A stretch of 63,943 bases of DNA, the filler included, from Octopus bimaculoides (lineage: Eukaryota), in the NCBI RefSeq assembly GCF_001194135.2. It is 5 parts of 5 records of this genome, joined end to end, with 100 filler letters (N's around TTAATTAATTAA, not from the genome) between each part and the next. Parts side by side here need not be neighbours in the genome. Positions count along the whole stretch, not along the records: positions 1 to 6,716 come from NW_026418112.1; positions 6,817 to 19,366 come from NC_068990.1; 3 more parts are not named here. One strand, given 5' to 3'. Below the pieces are notes generated by a model. That model did not search any database. It worked only from the letters and a program-made list of their open reading frames with translations, and was not told the origin of the DNA. Below, piece by piece: positions 1 through 13,280 of this stretch (positions are counted from its first letter, which is position 1; each line of letters opens with the position of its first letter). Made by a program: the position numbers and the translations under genes.

Positions 1-521
1 TCTCCCCTAAAACGAACGAAGCCAAATCTTTTAACCGAGATTTCCTTCTTAATCGTATGTAGTTGTCAAGTTAAATTAGCCGACACATGTCCCAGACATC
101 AGTAACTGTTCATGTCGGATTGTCTCCCCTGGAGATTTCTGACTGTGACCGAGGGTTCCAGAACCCAAAAGAAACACCCTTTTCCAATCTGTTTTACTTG
201 TTTAACTTTCAATTAAAGGCTATAACGAGAAATGGGGCAATATTTTCTCGGGCGTAGCCGTGTTTCATTGGTTATTCTATCTATGTTCCATTTCTTTATT
301 GTACACTGGCTTCTCTCTTTACATTCATCATACTCCCAGTCATGTGTATGCATGTATGTATACTGTGTGTATATATGTGTGTGTGTGAGTGTGTGTAAGT
401 GTTTAGTTTTCTGTATATCTATGTATATATGTGTTCACATATGCATACGGATACATATATACTCTCACAGCCAGACAGCCACACTCAGATATATAATCAT
501 ATATACATGCTCTTTATATAA

Positions 522-562
<41 letters not shown>

Positions 563-1403
563 TCAATATTATATACGTGTATATATCTGTGTATATATAT
601 TGATAAATGTGTGTACGAAGAAATATAAATATATAAAGGAAACAGGCTACATACATATATGTATGTATCTTACGTATATCACTCCCTCTCCCATATATAT
701 GTATATATACATATGTGTGTGTGTGTGTGTACACACTCACACGCACATATATATACATACATACATACATACATATATATATATATATANNNNNNNNNNN
801 NNNNNNNNNNNNNNNNNNNNNNNNNNNNNNNNNNNNNNNNNNNNNNNNNNNNNNNNNNNNNNNNNNNNNNNNNNNNNNNNNNNNNNNNNNNNNNNNNNNN
901 NNNNNNNNNNNNNNNNNNNNNNNNNNNNNNNNNNNNNNNNNNNNNNNNNNNNNNNNNNNNNNNNNNNNNNNNNNNNNNNNNNNNNNNNNNNNNNNNNNNN
1001 NNNNNNNNNNNNNNNNNNNNNNNNNNNNNNNNNNNNNNNNNNNNNNNNNNNNNNNNNNNNNNNNNNNNNNNNNNNNNNNNNNNNNNNNNNNNNNNNNNNN
1101 NNNNNNNNNNNNNNNNNNNNNNNNNNNNNNNNNNNNNNNNNNNNNNNNNNNNNNNNNNNNNNNNNNNNNNNNNNNNNNNNNNNNNNNNNNNNNNNNNNNN
1201 NNNNNNNNNNNNNNNNNNNNNNNNNNNNNNNNNNNNNNNNNNNNNNNNNNNNNNNNNNNNNNNNNNNNNNNNNNNNNNNNNNNNNNNNNNNNNNNNNNNN
1301 NNNNNNNNNNNNNNNNNNNNNNNNNNNNNNNNNNNNNNNNNNNNNNNNNNNNNNNNNNNNNNNNNNNNNNNNNNNNNNNNNNNNNNNNNNNNNNNNNNNN
1401 NNN

Positions 1404-1706
1404 CTTGTTTGTCCCTTGTATGCTTAGTCCCTTGTGGGCAGTAAAGAAATAGGAATTCTGAAAGGCGGCGAGCTGGCAGAAACGTTAGCACGCCGGGCGA
1501 AATGCTTAGCGGTATTTCGTCTGCCGTTACGTTCTGAGTTCAAATTCCGCCGAGGTCGACTTTGCCCTTCATCCTTTCGGGGTCGATAAATTAAGTACCA
1601 GTTACGCACTGGGGTCAATGTAATCGACTTAATCCCTTTGTCTGCCCTTGTTTGTCCCTTGTATGCTTAGTCCCTTGTGGGCAGTAAAGAAATAGGAATT
1701 CTGAAA
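1404..1706 (+). repeat. Tandem duplication with a 243-bp period (SINE A + flank)
   Basis: 1404-1463 is identical to 1647-1706, including the non-SINE flank GGAATTCTGAAA. Confidence 0.85.
1464..1694 (+). mobile_element. tRNA-derived SINE family A, full length (tail type 1)
   Basis: GGCGGCGAGCTGGCAGAAACG head with A-box, GAGTTCAAATTCC B-box, central CCTTTCGGGGTCGATAAATTAAGTACCAG core; many copies in the window. Confidence 0.9.
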
Positions 1707-1741
1707 GTAGAGTGGCTGGGCATTCTTTTCCTTTCTTTTCT

Positions 1742-1910
1742 ATTCTTGTCTACTCTAGGCACAAGGCCCGAAATTTTGTGGGAGGTGGTCAGTCGATTAG
1801 ATCGACCCCAGTACACAACTGGATGATAGACAAAGTCGACCTCGGGGGAATTTGAACTTAGAACGTAAAGATAGGCGACATACTGCTAAGCATTTCGCCC
1901 GGTGTTGCTG
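1742..1910 (-). mobile_element. SINE family A (tail type 2), internal deletion
   Basis: Reverse complement matches the family A head and B-box; about 25 bp of core deleted; tail CCTCCCACAAAATTTCGGGCCTTGTGCCTAGAGTAG. Confidence 0.85.
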
Positions 1911-3095
1911 ATGTTGTTTACGATGTTAATGGCTGTGGTGGTTGTGGTGGTAGTGTTCGTGGTTTTAGTGATGGTAGACATCAAGTTGATGATAATGCTG
2001 TCACTTCTCTTGATGTTCATCACCGTCAGCACCATCATGAACATCATCATCATCATCCTCCTCCTCCTCATCATCATCATGATTATGAACTTCAGTATCG
2101 TCGCCCTCGTCGTCATCATCATCATCATCAACATCACCATCACTGTCGTCATCAGCGATATCTATAACACATGGCATTGAATGAATTTCTTAAAAGGACC
2201 TTCTTTGATCGTCTATAAACGTTAGTGTCATGGACGTCTGTGTATGCTCGCGCGTGGGCAGGATATAATATATATATATATATATATATACGCACACATA
2301 TATGTATATTTGTATAGGTAGATATACATACATATATATACACGCGTGCATTAATGAACATATATTTCAGTATATATTCATGTATGTATATATGAGTGTT
2401 TGTGTTTATGTGTGTGTGTGTGTGTGTTTGTGTCTGTGCGTGTGTGTCCCAAAATGTCTGACAAGTGAAAAGGAAAACCAATATACGGTGTTATCACGGT
2501 TTACGATATTTATCTGGTGTAACATATAGCGTTGTTGTTGGCATAGTGTTGGCAGTGGTTGCGGCGGTGGTATAGCTGGAAGTCATGGTTGCGGTGGTAG
2601 CGGTGCTGGTGATGGTAGCGACAAACGAAAACCAAGCAAAGAATGTAAAAAAAGGTAAAAAAAAACCCTCTAAAACACACAAAAAAACAACAACAAAAGA
2701 CAAGTTATTCTGTATAAGGACGTCTAAATCTGTTTCTGTATAAACATACGCATTCCTGTATGAGAATAAGCTGATTAAATATCAAGGCAATACGTGATTA
2801 AGAATCTCCTTCTTAACCCACTGTATGTGTGTAGGGACATTCGCTCACTCTTTCTCTCTTCTTCTATGCCTCTCGCTCTCCCTCTCTCTCTCTCTCTGTA
2901 TCTCAAATACACATCATAGCAACACGTACATATACATACACGCATATTTATATATAATCACCAGAAACTAAAGCTTTTAGTAGTTGCCGTGGAATTGAAT
3001 AAGCGACCAGGTCGCAGTAATGCCACAAATACGTTGACACCTCCAGATATAAATGGAAAAAACAAAATGGAGTAATATATTAGGTACGTTTATCA

Positions 3096-3153
3096 GACGA
3101 CGAATTGGTAGAATCGTTAGCGCGCCGAGCAATATGCTTAGCAGTATTTCGCC
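3096..3153 (+). mobile_element. SINE family A head fragment
   Basis: TTGGTAGAATCGTTAGCGCGCCGAGCAATATGCTTAGCAGTATTTCG. Confidence 0.7.
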
Positions 3154-3383
3154 GAGTAGACTATCCTCGACGGAAGGTTGGTCGCCACTGCTCCATGATA
3201 TTAAGCATTGTTTATCCTGTAAAAATCTGAACAAACAGATCACTAAATATTGACGAAAATCTGCTTCAAAGTCCTTCAGACTCAGTTGATGCAGCTGCAG
3301 GTATCGTCACCATCTTTATCGCGTTAGTGCGGTTTTATTATCGAATTACGGTTTGCAAATTGCATTCTTCACCATGTATGCGA

Positions 3384-3385
<2 letters not shown>

Positions 3386-3414
<29 letters not shown>

Positions 3415-3460
3415 TGTATGTATGTATGTATGTATGTATGTATGTATGTATGTATGTATG
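3386..3460. repeat. (TATG)n microsatellite
   Basis: Direct reading; runs into an N gap. Confidence 0.97.
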
Positions 3461-4702
3461 CATATNNNNNNNNNNNNNNNNNNNNNNNNNNNNNNNNNNN
3501 NNNNNNNNNNNNNNNNNNNNNNNNNNNNNNNNNNNNNNNNNNNNNNNNNNNNNNNNNNNNNNNNNNNNNNNNNNNNNNNNNNNNNNNNNNNNNNNNNNNN
3601 NNNNNNNNNNNNNNNNNNNNNNNNNNNNNNNNNNNNNNNNNNNNNNNNNNNNNNNNNNNNNNNNNNNNNNNNNNNNNNNNNNNNNNNNNNNNNNNNNNNN
3701 NNNNNNNNNNNNNNNNNNNNNNNNNNNNNNNNNNNNNNNNNNNNNNNNNNNNNNNNNNNNNNNNNNNNNNNNNNNNNNNNNNNNNNNNNNNNNNNNNNNN
3801 NNNNNNNNNNNNNNNNNNNNNNNNNNNNNNNNNNNNNNNNNNNNNNNNNNNNNNNNNNNNNNNNNNNNNNNNNNNNNNNNNNNNNNNNNNNNNNNNNNNN
3901 NNNNNNNNNNNNNNNNNNNNNNNNNNNNNNNNNNNNNNNNNNNNNNNNNNNNNNNNNNNNNNNNNNNNNNNNNNNNNNNNNNNNNNNNNNNNNNNNNNNN
4001 NNNNNNNNNNNNNNNNNNNNNNNNNNNNNNNNNNNNNNNNNNNNNNNNNNNNNNNNNNNNNNNNNNNNNNNNNNNNNNNNNNNNNNNNNNNNNNNNNNNN
4101 NNNNNNNNNNNNNNNNNNNNNNNNNNNNNNNNNNNNNNNNNNNNNNNNNNNNNNNNNNNNNNNNNNNNNNNNNNNNNNNNNNNNNNNNNNNNNNNNNNNN
4201 NNNNNNNNNNNNNNNNNNNNNNNNNNNNNNNNNNNNNNNNNNNNNNNNNNNNNNNNNNNNNNNNNNNNNNNNNNNNNNNNNNNNNNNNNNNNNNNNNNNN
4301 NNNNNNNNNNNNNNNNNNNNNNNNNNNNNNNNNNNNNNNNNNNNNNNNNNNNNNNNNNNNNNNNNNNNNNNNNNNNNNATATATATATGCACTCACAGCA
4401 AGTAAAATCTATCTGCAAATAGAAAGAATTGATAATCAAGGAAATATAATTGATTACCAACAAATTTTGTACAAAAAAAAAAAAAGAAAAAATCTTTGTA
4501 ATCATACTTCTCCTTAATTAAATATGAAAGTTTGAATATAGTGAAAAGTTCAAATGAAATAACGTTTCAAAAACGTTCATTAAAAAACTGGCTTGATTTA
4601 AGAATCTACAAGAATAGATGCAAGCGCTAATTTATAAAAAACATGTGACATATTAATAAAAATCTGTAAATGTACAACCATCCATATATATATACATATA
4701 TA

Positions 4703-4819
4703 TGATGGGCTTCTTTGAGTTTCCGTCCGGCAGATCCACTCACAAAGCTTTGGTTGGACCAGGGCTTGCCATGCAGTGGAACTGAAGCCAGAACCATACT
4801 TGTTGGGAAGTAAGCTTCT
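4703..4819 (-). mobile_element. SINE family B 5' module (internal deletion)
   Basis: Reverse complement contains GGTTCTGGCTTCAGTTCCACTGC...CAAAGCTTTGTGAGTGGATCTG...GGAAACTCAAAGAAGCCC, then (TA)n. Confidence 0.75.
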
Positions 4820-4841
4820 TTATTTGTATACTTGATTGTGT

Positions 4842-4952
4842 TATTTCTTTACTACCCACAAGGGGCTACACACAGAGGGGACAAACAAGGACAGACAAAC
4901 GGATTAAGTCGATAATACCGACCTCAGTGCGTAACTGGTACTTATTTAATTG
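4842..4952 (-). mobile_element. SINE family A 3' half (tail type 1)
   Basis: Near-identical to 38613-38720 (TATTTCTTTACTACCCACAAGGGGCTACACACAGAGGGGAC). Confidence 0.85.
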
Positions 4953-5341
4953 ATTGTGTTCGTTTGAATGACCTCAGATAATCGACACACATACGGCTAT
5001 ATGTATAAGTATGAATGTATATATGTGAAGATACATATTTATATATGTGTATATATAAATATATATATGTATGGATGTACACACGTATATAGACAGACGC
5101 ATCCACTCTAGGAAAAGGAGAAAGTCTAAACGTTTATACATGCATTAACACAACCACAAATCACACACACACATCATACAAATGCATATATGTATATACG
5201 TATGTATGTATGTTTGTATGTATGTATGTATGTATATACACACGCACACATTTATATACACATATATATACGTATATATATATGTGTATGTATGCATTTT
5301 TGTATTTATGTATATACATATATATATATAAGTTTTTTATA

Positions 5342-5378
<37 letters not shown>

Positions 5379-6290
5379 NNNNNNNNNNNNNNNNNNNNNN
5401 NNNNNNNNNNNNNNNNNNNNNNNNNNNNNNNNNNNNNNNNNNNNNNNNNNNNNNNNNNNNNNNNNNNNNNNNNNNNNNNNNNNNNNNNNNNNNNNNNNNN
5501 NNNNNNNNNNNNNNNNNNNNNNNNNNNNNNNNNNNNNNNNNNNNNNNNNNNNNNNNNNNNNNNNNNNNNNNNNNNNNNNNNNNNNNNNNNNNNNNNNNNN
5601 NNNNNNNNNNNNNNNNNNNNNNNNNNNNNNNNNNNNNNNNNNNNNNNNNNNNNNNNNNNNNNNNNNNNNNNNNNNNNNNNNNNNNNNNNNNNNNNNNNNN
5701 NNNNNNNNNNNNNNNNNNNNNNNNNNNNNNNNNNNNNNNNNNNNNNNNNNNNNNNNNNNNNNNNNNNNNNNNNNNNNNNNNNNNNNNNNNNNNNNNNNNN
5801 NNNNNNNNNNNNNNNNNNNNNNNNNNNNNNNNNNNNNNNNNNNNNNNNNNNNNNNNNNNNNNNNNNNNNNNNNNNNNNNNNNNNNNNNNNNNNNNNNNNN
5901 NNNNNNNNNNNNNNNNNNNNNNNNNNNNNNNNNNNNNNNNNNNNNNNNNNNNNNNNNNNNNNNNNNNNNNNNNNNNNNNNNNNNNNNNNNNNNNNNNNNN
6001 NNNNNNNNNNNNNNNNNNNNNNNNNNNNNNNNNNNNNNNNNNNNNNNNNNNNNNNNNNNNNNNNNNNNNNNNNNNNNNNNNNNNNNNNNNNNNNNNNNNN
6101 NNNNNNNNNNNNNNNNNNNNNNNNNNNNNNNNNNNNNNNNNNNNNNNNNNNNNNNNNNNNNNNNNNNNNNNNNNNNNNNNNNNNNNNNNNNNNNNNNNNN
6201 NNNNNNNNNNNNNNNNNNNNNNNNNNNNNNNNNNCTATTGGTAATAAGCATGTTTTCAAATTTTCAAAATTGAAAGGCAAAGTCGACCGC

Positions 6291-6344
<54 letters not shown>

Positions 6345-6716
6345 GTAAAATAATTAGCATATTCCTGTATCACTGTTTTTCCATCCTGTCTTTTACTTTC
6401 GGAAGAGGTACTAACATGCGAAACGTCATCAAAAATCTCTTAGCAATTTATTCCATTCAAGCGGTAAAAAAACAACTTATTGATCGCATTGTAGTCATCC
6501 TGAAACTATATGCTTGTGAGTGTGTGTGTGTGCACGCGTGCTCGCATGTGTGAATTGTGTACGTGTGTATACTTTATATACCCCCACCCGCAAAAAAATA
6601 GACAATAAAAAAGAAACAAATAGAATTACTATTTATGCATTACTCACACATCACTCAAACAGATATGGAATCTGCAGGCACAAGGTGGCGCCACATGTAC
6701 TGCACGGTACAGTAGT

Positions 6717-6816
6717 NNNNNNNNNNNNNNNNNNNNNNNNNNNNNNNNNNNNNNNNNNNNTTAATTAATTAANNNNNNNNNNNNNNNNNNNNNNNNNNNN
6801 NNNNNNNNNNNNNNNN
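6717..6816. other. Artificial 100-bp assembly spacer (44 N + TTAATTAATTAA + 44 N)
   Basis: Exact 44/12/44 structure; the 12-mer is self-complementary with TAA in all six frames. Confidence 0.97.
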
Positions 6817-6819
6817 GTC

Positions 6820-7120
6820 GTTTATCTCTTATTTTTTACTTTTTTGCCATTAGATAGCGGCCATGCTGAGGCACCGCCTTGAAATTTTAGTCGGACAAGT
6901 CGACCTCAGTACTCATTTTTTAAGTCTGGTACCTATTCTGTTAGTCCCTTTTGCCGAAACACTAAACTAAGGGAAAAGTAAACACATCAATACCAGTTGT
7001 AGGGTGGTGACGGAGGTTTCCAACTACCAAATCCACTAACAAGGATTTTATCGGCTCAAGGTTGTAGTACAAGACATTTGTTCGGGGTACCATGCAATGG
7101 GGCTGAGCCCGGAACCATGT
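6820..7120 (-). mobile_element. SINE family B, 5' and 3' modules joined with the internal microsatellite missing
   Basis: 7007-7120 matches the 5' module; 6820-7005 matches the 3' module (plus strand GCGGCCATGCTGAGGCACCGCCTTGAA). Confidence 0.75.
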
Positions 7121-7249
7121 TTCTTCTGTTTTATCACTTTTTATTATGTATTTTTGTCGGTAAAATTATATGCTTTAGGCTTGTTCTAAGTTTTCCTCGT
7201 ACCAGTGATATGTACATAAGCAGCAATACTTCTCCAGCCAGCCTGGATT

Positions 7250-7480
7250 TCTACATAGCACTCAGTCAGTTACGATGGAAAAACGTCTTCGTGAATTTAA
7301 AGTTTAAGTGGCTGAGAACTCCTCGAACACGTGTACCTTTTAACGTAGTTCTCAGGGAGATTTAGCGTGACAGAATATGAAAAGGCTGGCCCTTTGAATT
7401 ACCGGTAAAACTCATTTTTGCCAGGTCTGGAGCGACATGAGAGAAATTAACCACCAGGTATTGAACTCATGTCCTCTCGC
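7250..7480 (-). mobile_element. Third SINE-like family (C) fragment
   Basis: GC-richer island whose reverse complement has a B-box-like GAGTTCAATACC upstream of a structured body. The family assignment is recalled from memory and unverified. Confidence 0.5.
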
Positions 7481-7699
7481 GCCGTCACTTGTGTGCATCT
7501 TACCTGATGATGCTAAGGTGTTTCAGATATTCTTTAATGTTGGCACAAAATTTCTTCTTGGGTCTCCTTCTATTTCTTTGCTTGTCTGCGCGCAACCATG
7601 ATATAATTGCCTTCTGGCAATTAGAATCGTTCTTCTGGCAATCGGAAAATATTTCATACAGACCGCATTCTTCTTTCCCCCAAAATCTGCTGAAGGTTA

Positions 7700-7950
7700 C
7701 ATAGATACATAGAGAGTGTGGTCGAAATATTGAGGGAGATAGATTGAGAAAGTGGAACAGATCGATAGATACATGAGATAGAGAAATAGATTGACAGACA
7801 GATAGATAGATTGAGAGAAAATAAATGGATAGATAGATAGATTGAGAGAAAATAAATGGATAGATAGATAGGTAGAAAGATAGATAGATAGACAGACATA
7901 TAGATAGATAGCTAGATAGATAAATAGATAGAAAGTTGTAGGTAGATAGA
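7700..7950. repeat. Degenerate (TAGA)n / compound tetranucleotide array
   Basis: Direct reading; includes duplicated TTGAGAGAAAATAAATGGATAGATAG units. Confidence 0.9.
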
Positions 7951-7991
7951 TGGACAGATACTTAAATATGATAAAATGAATATACAAATTA

Positions 7992-7992
<1 letters not shown>

Positions 7993-8065
<73 letters not shown>
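7993..8065. repeat. (ATT)n microsatellite (tail of the RLE element at 8066-8370)
   Basis: Direct reading. Confidence 0.97.
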
Positions 8066-8068
<3 letters not shown>

Positions 8069-8370
8069 TTTGACTTTTGCTTTTTATTTGTACAAATTGG
8101 CTCCAAGTCTCACCCAGAGACCTCAAGAGACAACAAGTTAGAAGTTCATGTTGGTGTTATGCCTAGGGTGTCATATATTTGGTTTTGTACATAGTATTGT
8201 TCTCGGGAATGTTTAAGAAAACCCCAAAATTATGAGTTTGTTTTAAAATTTTAGATTACGTAGGCAGTATTTTACGTAGGATTTGGGCAGTTCCCTTGAG
8301 CACTATCTTTTGAATTTCTGCCATTTTGGGGTTTCATAGTATCTGAGGTCGGTAAGAATCAGCCCCTTTT
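8066..8370 (-). mobile_element. R4/Dong-like RLE non-LTR retrotransposon 3' end (ORF C-terminus + 3' UTR) ending in an (AAT)n tail
   Basis: Minus-strand KGADSYRPQIL*NPKMAEIQKIVLKGTAQILRKILPT* (stop at 8256-8258) matches the RLE C-terminal IQK..L.GTA.ILRK motif. The 3' UTR runs into the (TTA)n array at 7993-8065. Confidence 0.8.
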
Positions 8371-8386
8371 GCTTATATACGTATAC

Positions 8387-8439
<53 letters not shown>

Positions 8440-9121
8440 TACACACAGAGATATAAATCCAGATGTACATACATTCTTACATGGAAACGTATATACATGC
8501 ATATATGTATATGTATGCACGTGTGGGGGTAGAGAGGGAAAGGAAAGACACGAGAAGAAACAGAAAGAGATATGACGGAAGTTGCGAAAGGGGAGTCAAA
8601 GAAAATAAATTGAAACGCTTCTTAGAATCTTGGACTTGTAATGGCACTCGTACGAGCAAAGTCTCGCAGATACATAAATACACACACACACACGTAGATG
8701 TTGATGTATATTTATATATATATATATATATACATACATATGCATACATACGTATATATATTACATGCAATGATACGCTACCTGCTTCTGTACATCTGTT
8801 TAATTATGTGTGTTTGTAAGGCTTCCGTGTTCTTCATATGCTTTCATCCATAGTAGCTTTGACGTTTTTCCTTTTTTTTGTGGGGTTTTTTTTGGCATTT
8901 GCGTTGATTCTCTTGTGTGTGCTGTTTGGAATACTTGTATGTGCTTGGAGTACACACTTCAGGAAATTGCCGGTCCTAGAAATTGTGTCCTTTTGCACTT
9001 CAAAGGTTTGGCTCTTTGATTTATACCTTGCTAGCCAACATTTTGTGCTGTGGTTTGAAGTTGTTTTGAGCAGTGATTTTATGAGTGTATAAGTTGATAT
9101 TTTGACATCAAGGCACTTAAA

Positions 9122-9247
9122 GTGGACGAGATGGCAGAATGGTTAGCGTAATGGAAAAAAAATGCTTAGCGGAATTTCGTCCGTGTTTATGTTCTGAGAT
9201 TCGATGCCGCCGAGGTCGGCTTCACCTTTCCTATTTTGGGAGCCGAT
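9122..9247 (+). mobile_element. SINE family A 5' half, diverged
   Basis: GATGGCAGAATGGTTAGC...ATGCTTAGCGGAATTTCGTCC...GCCGAGGTCGGC. Confidence 0.75.
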
Positions 9248-9769
9248 CCTATTTTTGTCGTTTGAATAATGGAGGCAATGTAACTGAAATTTTAGGCCTT
9301 CTACTTTTAGCAGAAAGAATTATTGTTAATATATTTGTTTTCGAAGTCGTTATGATTAAAACCAAAAGCAGATGCAAAGTATATTTCGAAAAATGTTATT
9401 GAAATTTGCGATGCGAACGTGGAAAATTTTGGAGTAGATATATTTGGTATTAAATTAATCAGATATGTTCGTGTTATTGGTATTGCTGAGAGAGTTATAT
9501 ACAGGTGCAACAACGAACAATCGGATTAATACATGTATGAGTTTGCATATGTGTGTATTTGTATGTGCATGTGTTTGTCGTTGTGTGTGTCTGTGTGTGT
9601 CTGTGTGTGTGTATATGCGTGTGTATGTGTGTGTATGTGTATGCATGTGTGTGTGTGTGCTAACTTAGACTTGCATACATATACACATGTGGTGATACAT
9701 ACATAATTACACAGATCGGGAGCCGATTTGAATAGATCGTAAACATTTTGTTTGTGATGCAGATTCAGT

Positions 9770-9827
<58 letters not shown>

Positions 9828-10899
9828 CGCGTGTGTGTGTGTGTGTGTATGTATGTATGTGTGTGTTCGTATATATATGTATATATATGAATATATATAT
9901 ATATATGTATGTATATGTATGTATGTGAATACATATATATATATGTATATATGTATATGTATGCATATGTATATGAATATATATATATATATATATTTAT
10001 GTGTGTGTGTGTGTGTGTGTGCGTGTGTGTGTGTATGCAGTCGTATATATCATCATACATACACACATACATGAACACATGTATTTGGAGATAACAATTT
10101 CATGTAGAGGGTGCATATATTACGCAATACAAGATGAATAATATATTTTAATCTAGAGATTACAAAGAGTGTTTTGTGGAATACAAGCAAATGTAAACAA
10201 ATATCGCAATGCCACCTACGCTGTGAAAATTTAAAAAGTATAAACAGATATTTGATCTTCTATGACGAAACCATGATATATTTCCTGCAAAACTGGGAAT
10301 TTTCAAAAGTTAAAAGGCTCTATGTTCTTCGCCTACGGAATCACTGCCATAGCTATCGCTATTTACATCAAACACAAACATTTGTCAGTAAAGTTTTCAT
10401 GAAATATTTAATAACGTCACCGAAATATTTACGGTACAAAGAGCCTTAATTCAGGTAATCCCATGTTTGTGAGTTGAATATTGATCGAACCTTATTAAAC
10501 TCCATGAATCGCTGAGAAATGTAACAGGATATATTTGTTGATCTTAGAGAACGTAAACTTAGACAAACTCAGATATGTTTCGACCAAAAATTGATCCAGT
10601 CCATGTTTAACTTAATAGCACCACCTGATAGGATTATGTAAATTCTTTTTAAGTCAAGACCTAAGTAACATCACTGAATTCATCTCATATATACGTCTCC
10701 ACGTGTGTGCATTTATACATACTTACGTATATATGGATATGTATACGTATATGCGTCCGTATATACATAAATGTCACGTTGCTGTCCTGCTGTCGCACTA
10801 TAAGCATTCTAATAGTACATTCTAATACCGAGAGACCAGAGGGCCATTTCTTCTCAATCATTTTACTGTACGACCACACTCACGCAGAGTCTCGACTTC

Positions 10900-11630
10900 A
10901 CCTTACAATTACGCTACTCATGGAATGAATAGTGCTCCACCCAACAAGGAGTATACTTTCTTGTAGTTTTGCTTCATAAGTAATCCTGCACTCATCCATT
11001 ATTCTAAGATGGCACCAACAGTTTTCTGGGACTCTGATTTAGTAGAACTAACGATGTATCATCCGAGGAAACCGACAGACATGCAGTTTACTGGAATCTT
11101 TGACTTTTCAGGAGAAAGCTGATCACGTCCAAAAACGATAAAGACTTGCTCCCTCACACAAAGCATGGCATCGTTTCAGGGAGAAGCTGCTTTATACAGC
11201 TTCTACAGCATTATGACAGGCTGTCGACGCCACTTATAGATAGCTTAAACGTGTATGTAAAGAACTTTGATAAAACTGTTCATGGGAAGATATGTTACAA
11301 TCTTTGAGGCCTCGGCATCGTTGAAAAATTAGGAGAGTGTTTGTATGGCTTTTTGGAAAACAGAAACCAGGCTGTAGCAGCTAAAATAGTCCTTTCCAAA
11401 GACATATTAACAACGAGCGGAGGTCGAATGGACTGTCTTGAGTCCATGTTGCTTATGATGGCCCTCTCAGATATAGCGTCAATTATACAGTAGCTACAAG
11501 ACCAACAGCACAAATGTAGCACACGCAGTTAATAATCTTCTCAATGCTAATCTTTCACAGGAAAATTTAGATGCCTTATAAAAGTAGGCTGAAGAAAACA
11601 TGGAATTTAATGCAACAAAATGCAAGTCCT
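10900..11630 (+). mobile_element. CR1-clade LINE reverse transcriptase remnant (pseudogenised)
   Basis: QHG..SGRSCFIQLLQHYDRL, K.FDK.VHG, GLGIVEKLGECLYGFLENRNQAV and QENLDAL*K*AEENMEFNATKCK are typical CR1/L2 RT motifs; multiple stops and indels. Confidence 0.85.
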
Positions 11631-12274
11631 CCAGTATCAGCCTGCGTATGTTGGCACACCGTTGCTAAGGTACTGTTGACCAAAAGGAGAGGCAGTCAAA
11701 GAGTCGAATAATACGTAACCTGACGATTAATATACAATACAAACAGATACACGTACATACATACATACATATATACATACATACAAAGAAAACTACAAAA
11801 CATATCCATTCGTCATTGAATCTCTTTCGGAGTAGATCCATTCGGAAACCATACACTTTATCCAGCGTCATTTCTATTGATGGAAACATTCCAGGAACTT
11901 TTGCTTTCGGTCACCTCTTATAGTCGCTTTCAAAAAGTGTTCGTCTTCATCGACACAACCAAGATCTAGTGCAGCTGGAATCTCATTTTCGTTTTGAGAC
12001 GACCACACTTTCCACAAATTGCAAACATGTATGTATATATATATGTATATAAACATGTATGTATTTCATAGTACCATCCATTTTTATTTTATATTATATA
12101 TTGTATATTATATTATATATTGTATATTCCATATTCTATATCCCACATTGGTTTTGCAGGAATATAAATAAAACATAAAAGACAGACAGTGTTGGAACTC
12201 TTTTAAACAAAATAATATATTCCTCTATACACAATCATACAAAAAAATCCCCCTTTTTTGTATTTATTTTTACT

Positions 12275-12311
<37 letters not shown>

Positions 12312-12736
12312 ACACACGCGCGGGTACACACCTATATAATCATAGCATATATATAGGCATATATGTTCAGGATACATAGACATCTATATACATACCAGCA
12401 TACATACGTGTGTATATATGTGTATATATAAGTTTTTAAAATGTTTACAAATCCGTTTTTTAACAACCACAGCCATACATTTCTTCAAGTAGAAATGTTT
12501 TTCAACGAGTATTTCTTTAAAATCAAAGAAAGAATGCTTTTGCAGTTTTCTTTCGTTTTTGATATACACTTTTTGTGTTCGATTTCGTTTATGCAGTAAT
12601 TTTATTTATTTGATGTGTGACTTTCTTTGCGATGCCTTCAAGCGAATTATGATGTATTTGTCGCCGTCATCCAATATTAGTTATTAAAAATAAAAATAAA
12701 ACTATCTGTGCTATCTTCGGGATGCATTTTTGAATG

Positions 12737-13280
12737 TCCTCCTCCTCTTCCTCCTCCTCCNNNNNNNNNNNNNNNNNNNNNNNNNNNNNNNNNNNNNNNN
12801 NNNNNNNNNNNNNNNNNNNNNNNNNNNNNNNNNNNNNNNNNNNNNNNNNNNNNNNNNNNNNNNNNNNNNNNNNNNNNNNNNNNNNNNNNNNNNNNNNNNN
12901 NNNNNNNNNNNNNNNNNNNNNNNNNNNNNNNNNNNNNNNNNNNNNNNNNNNNNNNNNNNNNNNNNNNNNNNNNNNNNNNNNNNNNNNNNNNNNNNNNNNN
13001 NNNNNNNNNNNNNNNNNNNNCACCACCACAACCACCAACACCACCACCAACAACAACAACAACATCGTCATCATCATCATCAGCAGCAGCAGCAGCATTA
13101 GCAACATCGCATCCATCATTGTCGTACTTAGCATCATCGTTATTTGCATCACCACCACCGACATCATCTCCGCATCTATCAGTGCCACCTCCACCACCAT
13201 CTCCACAGCTGTCATCGTCGTCGTCGTCATTCCCCTCCCCCTCCTCCTCCCCCTCCCCTTCCTCATCATCATCATCACTC
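12737..13280. repeat. Compound trinucleotide low-complexity tract (CCT/CAC/CAA/CAT/CAG) spanning an N gap
   Basis: Direct reading. Confidence 0.9.

Noticed and set aside
3239-3300. Possible isolated exon (CAG|...GCAG|GTATCG)
   Set aside because: No recognisable protein, no partner exons and a weak donor.
232-6373. Long ORFs in the ORF track (YIYI/HTHT/CVCV/X-rich), here and throughout the window
   Set aside because: They are translations of dinucleotide/tetranucleotide microsatellites and N gaps, with no coding signal.
8219-8336. 12-bp inverted repeat AAACCCCAAAAT/ATTTTGGGGTTT suggesting a MITE
   Set aside because: It falls within the RLE element's ORF end and 3' UTR; incidental.
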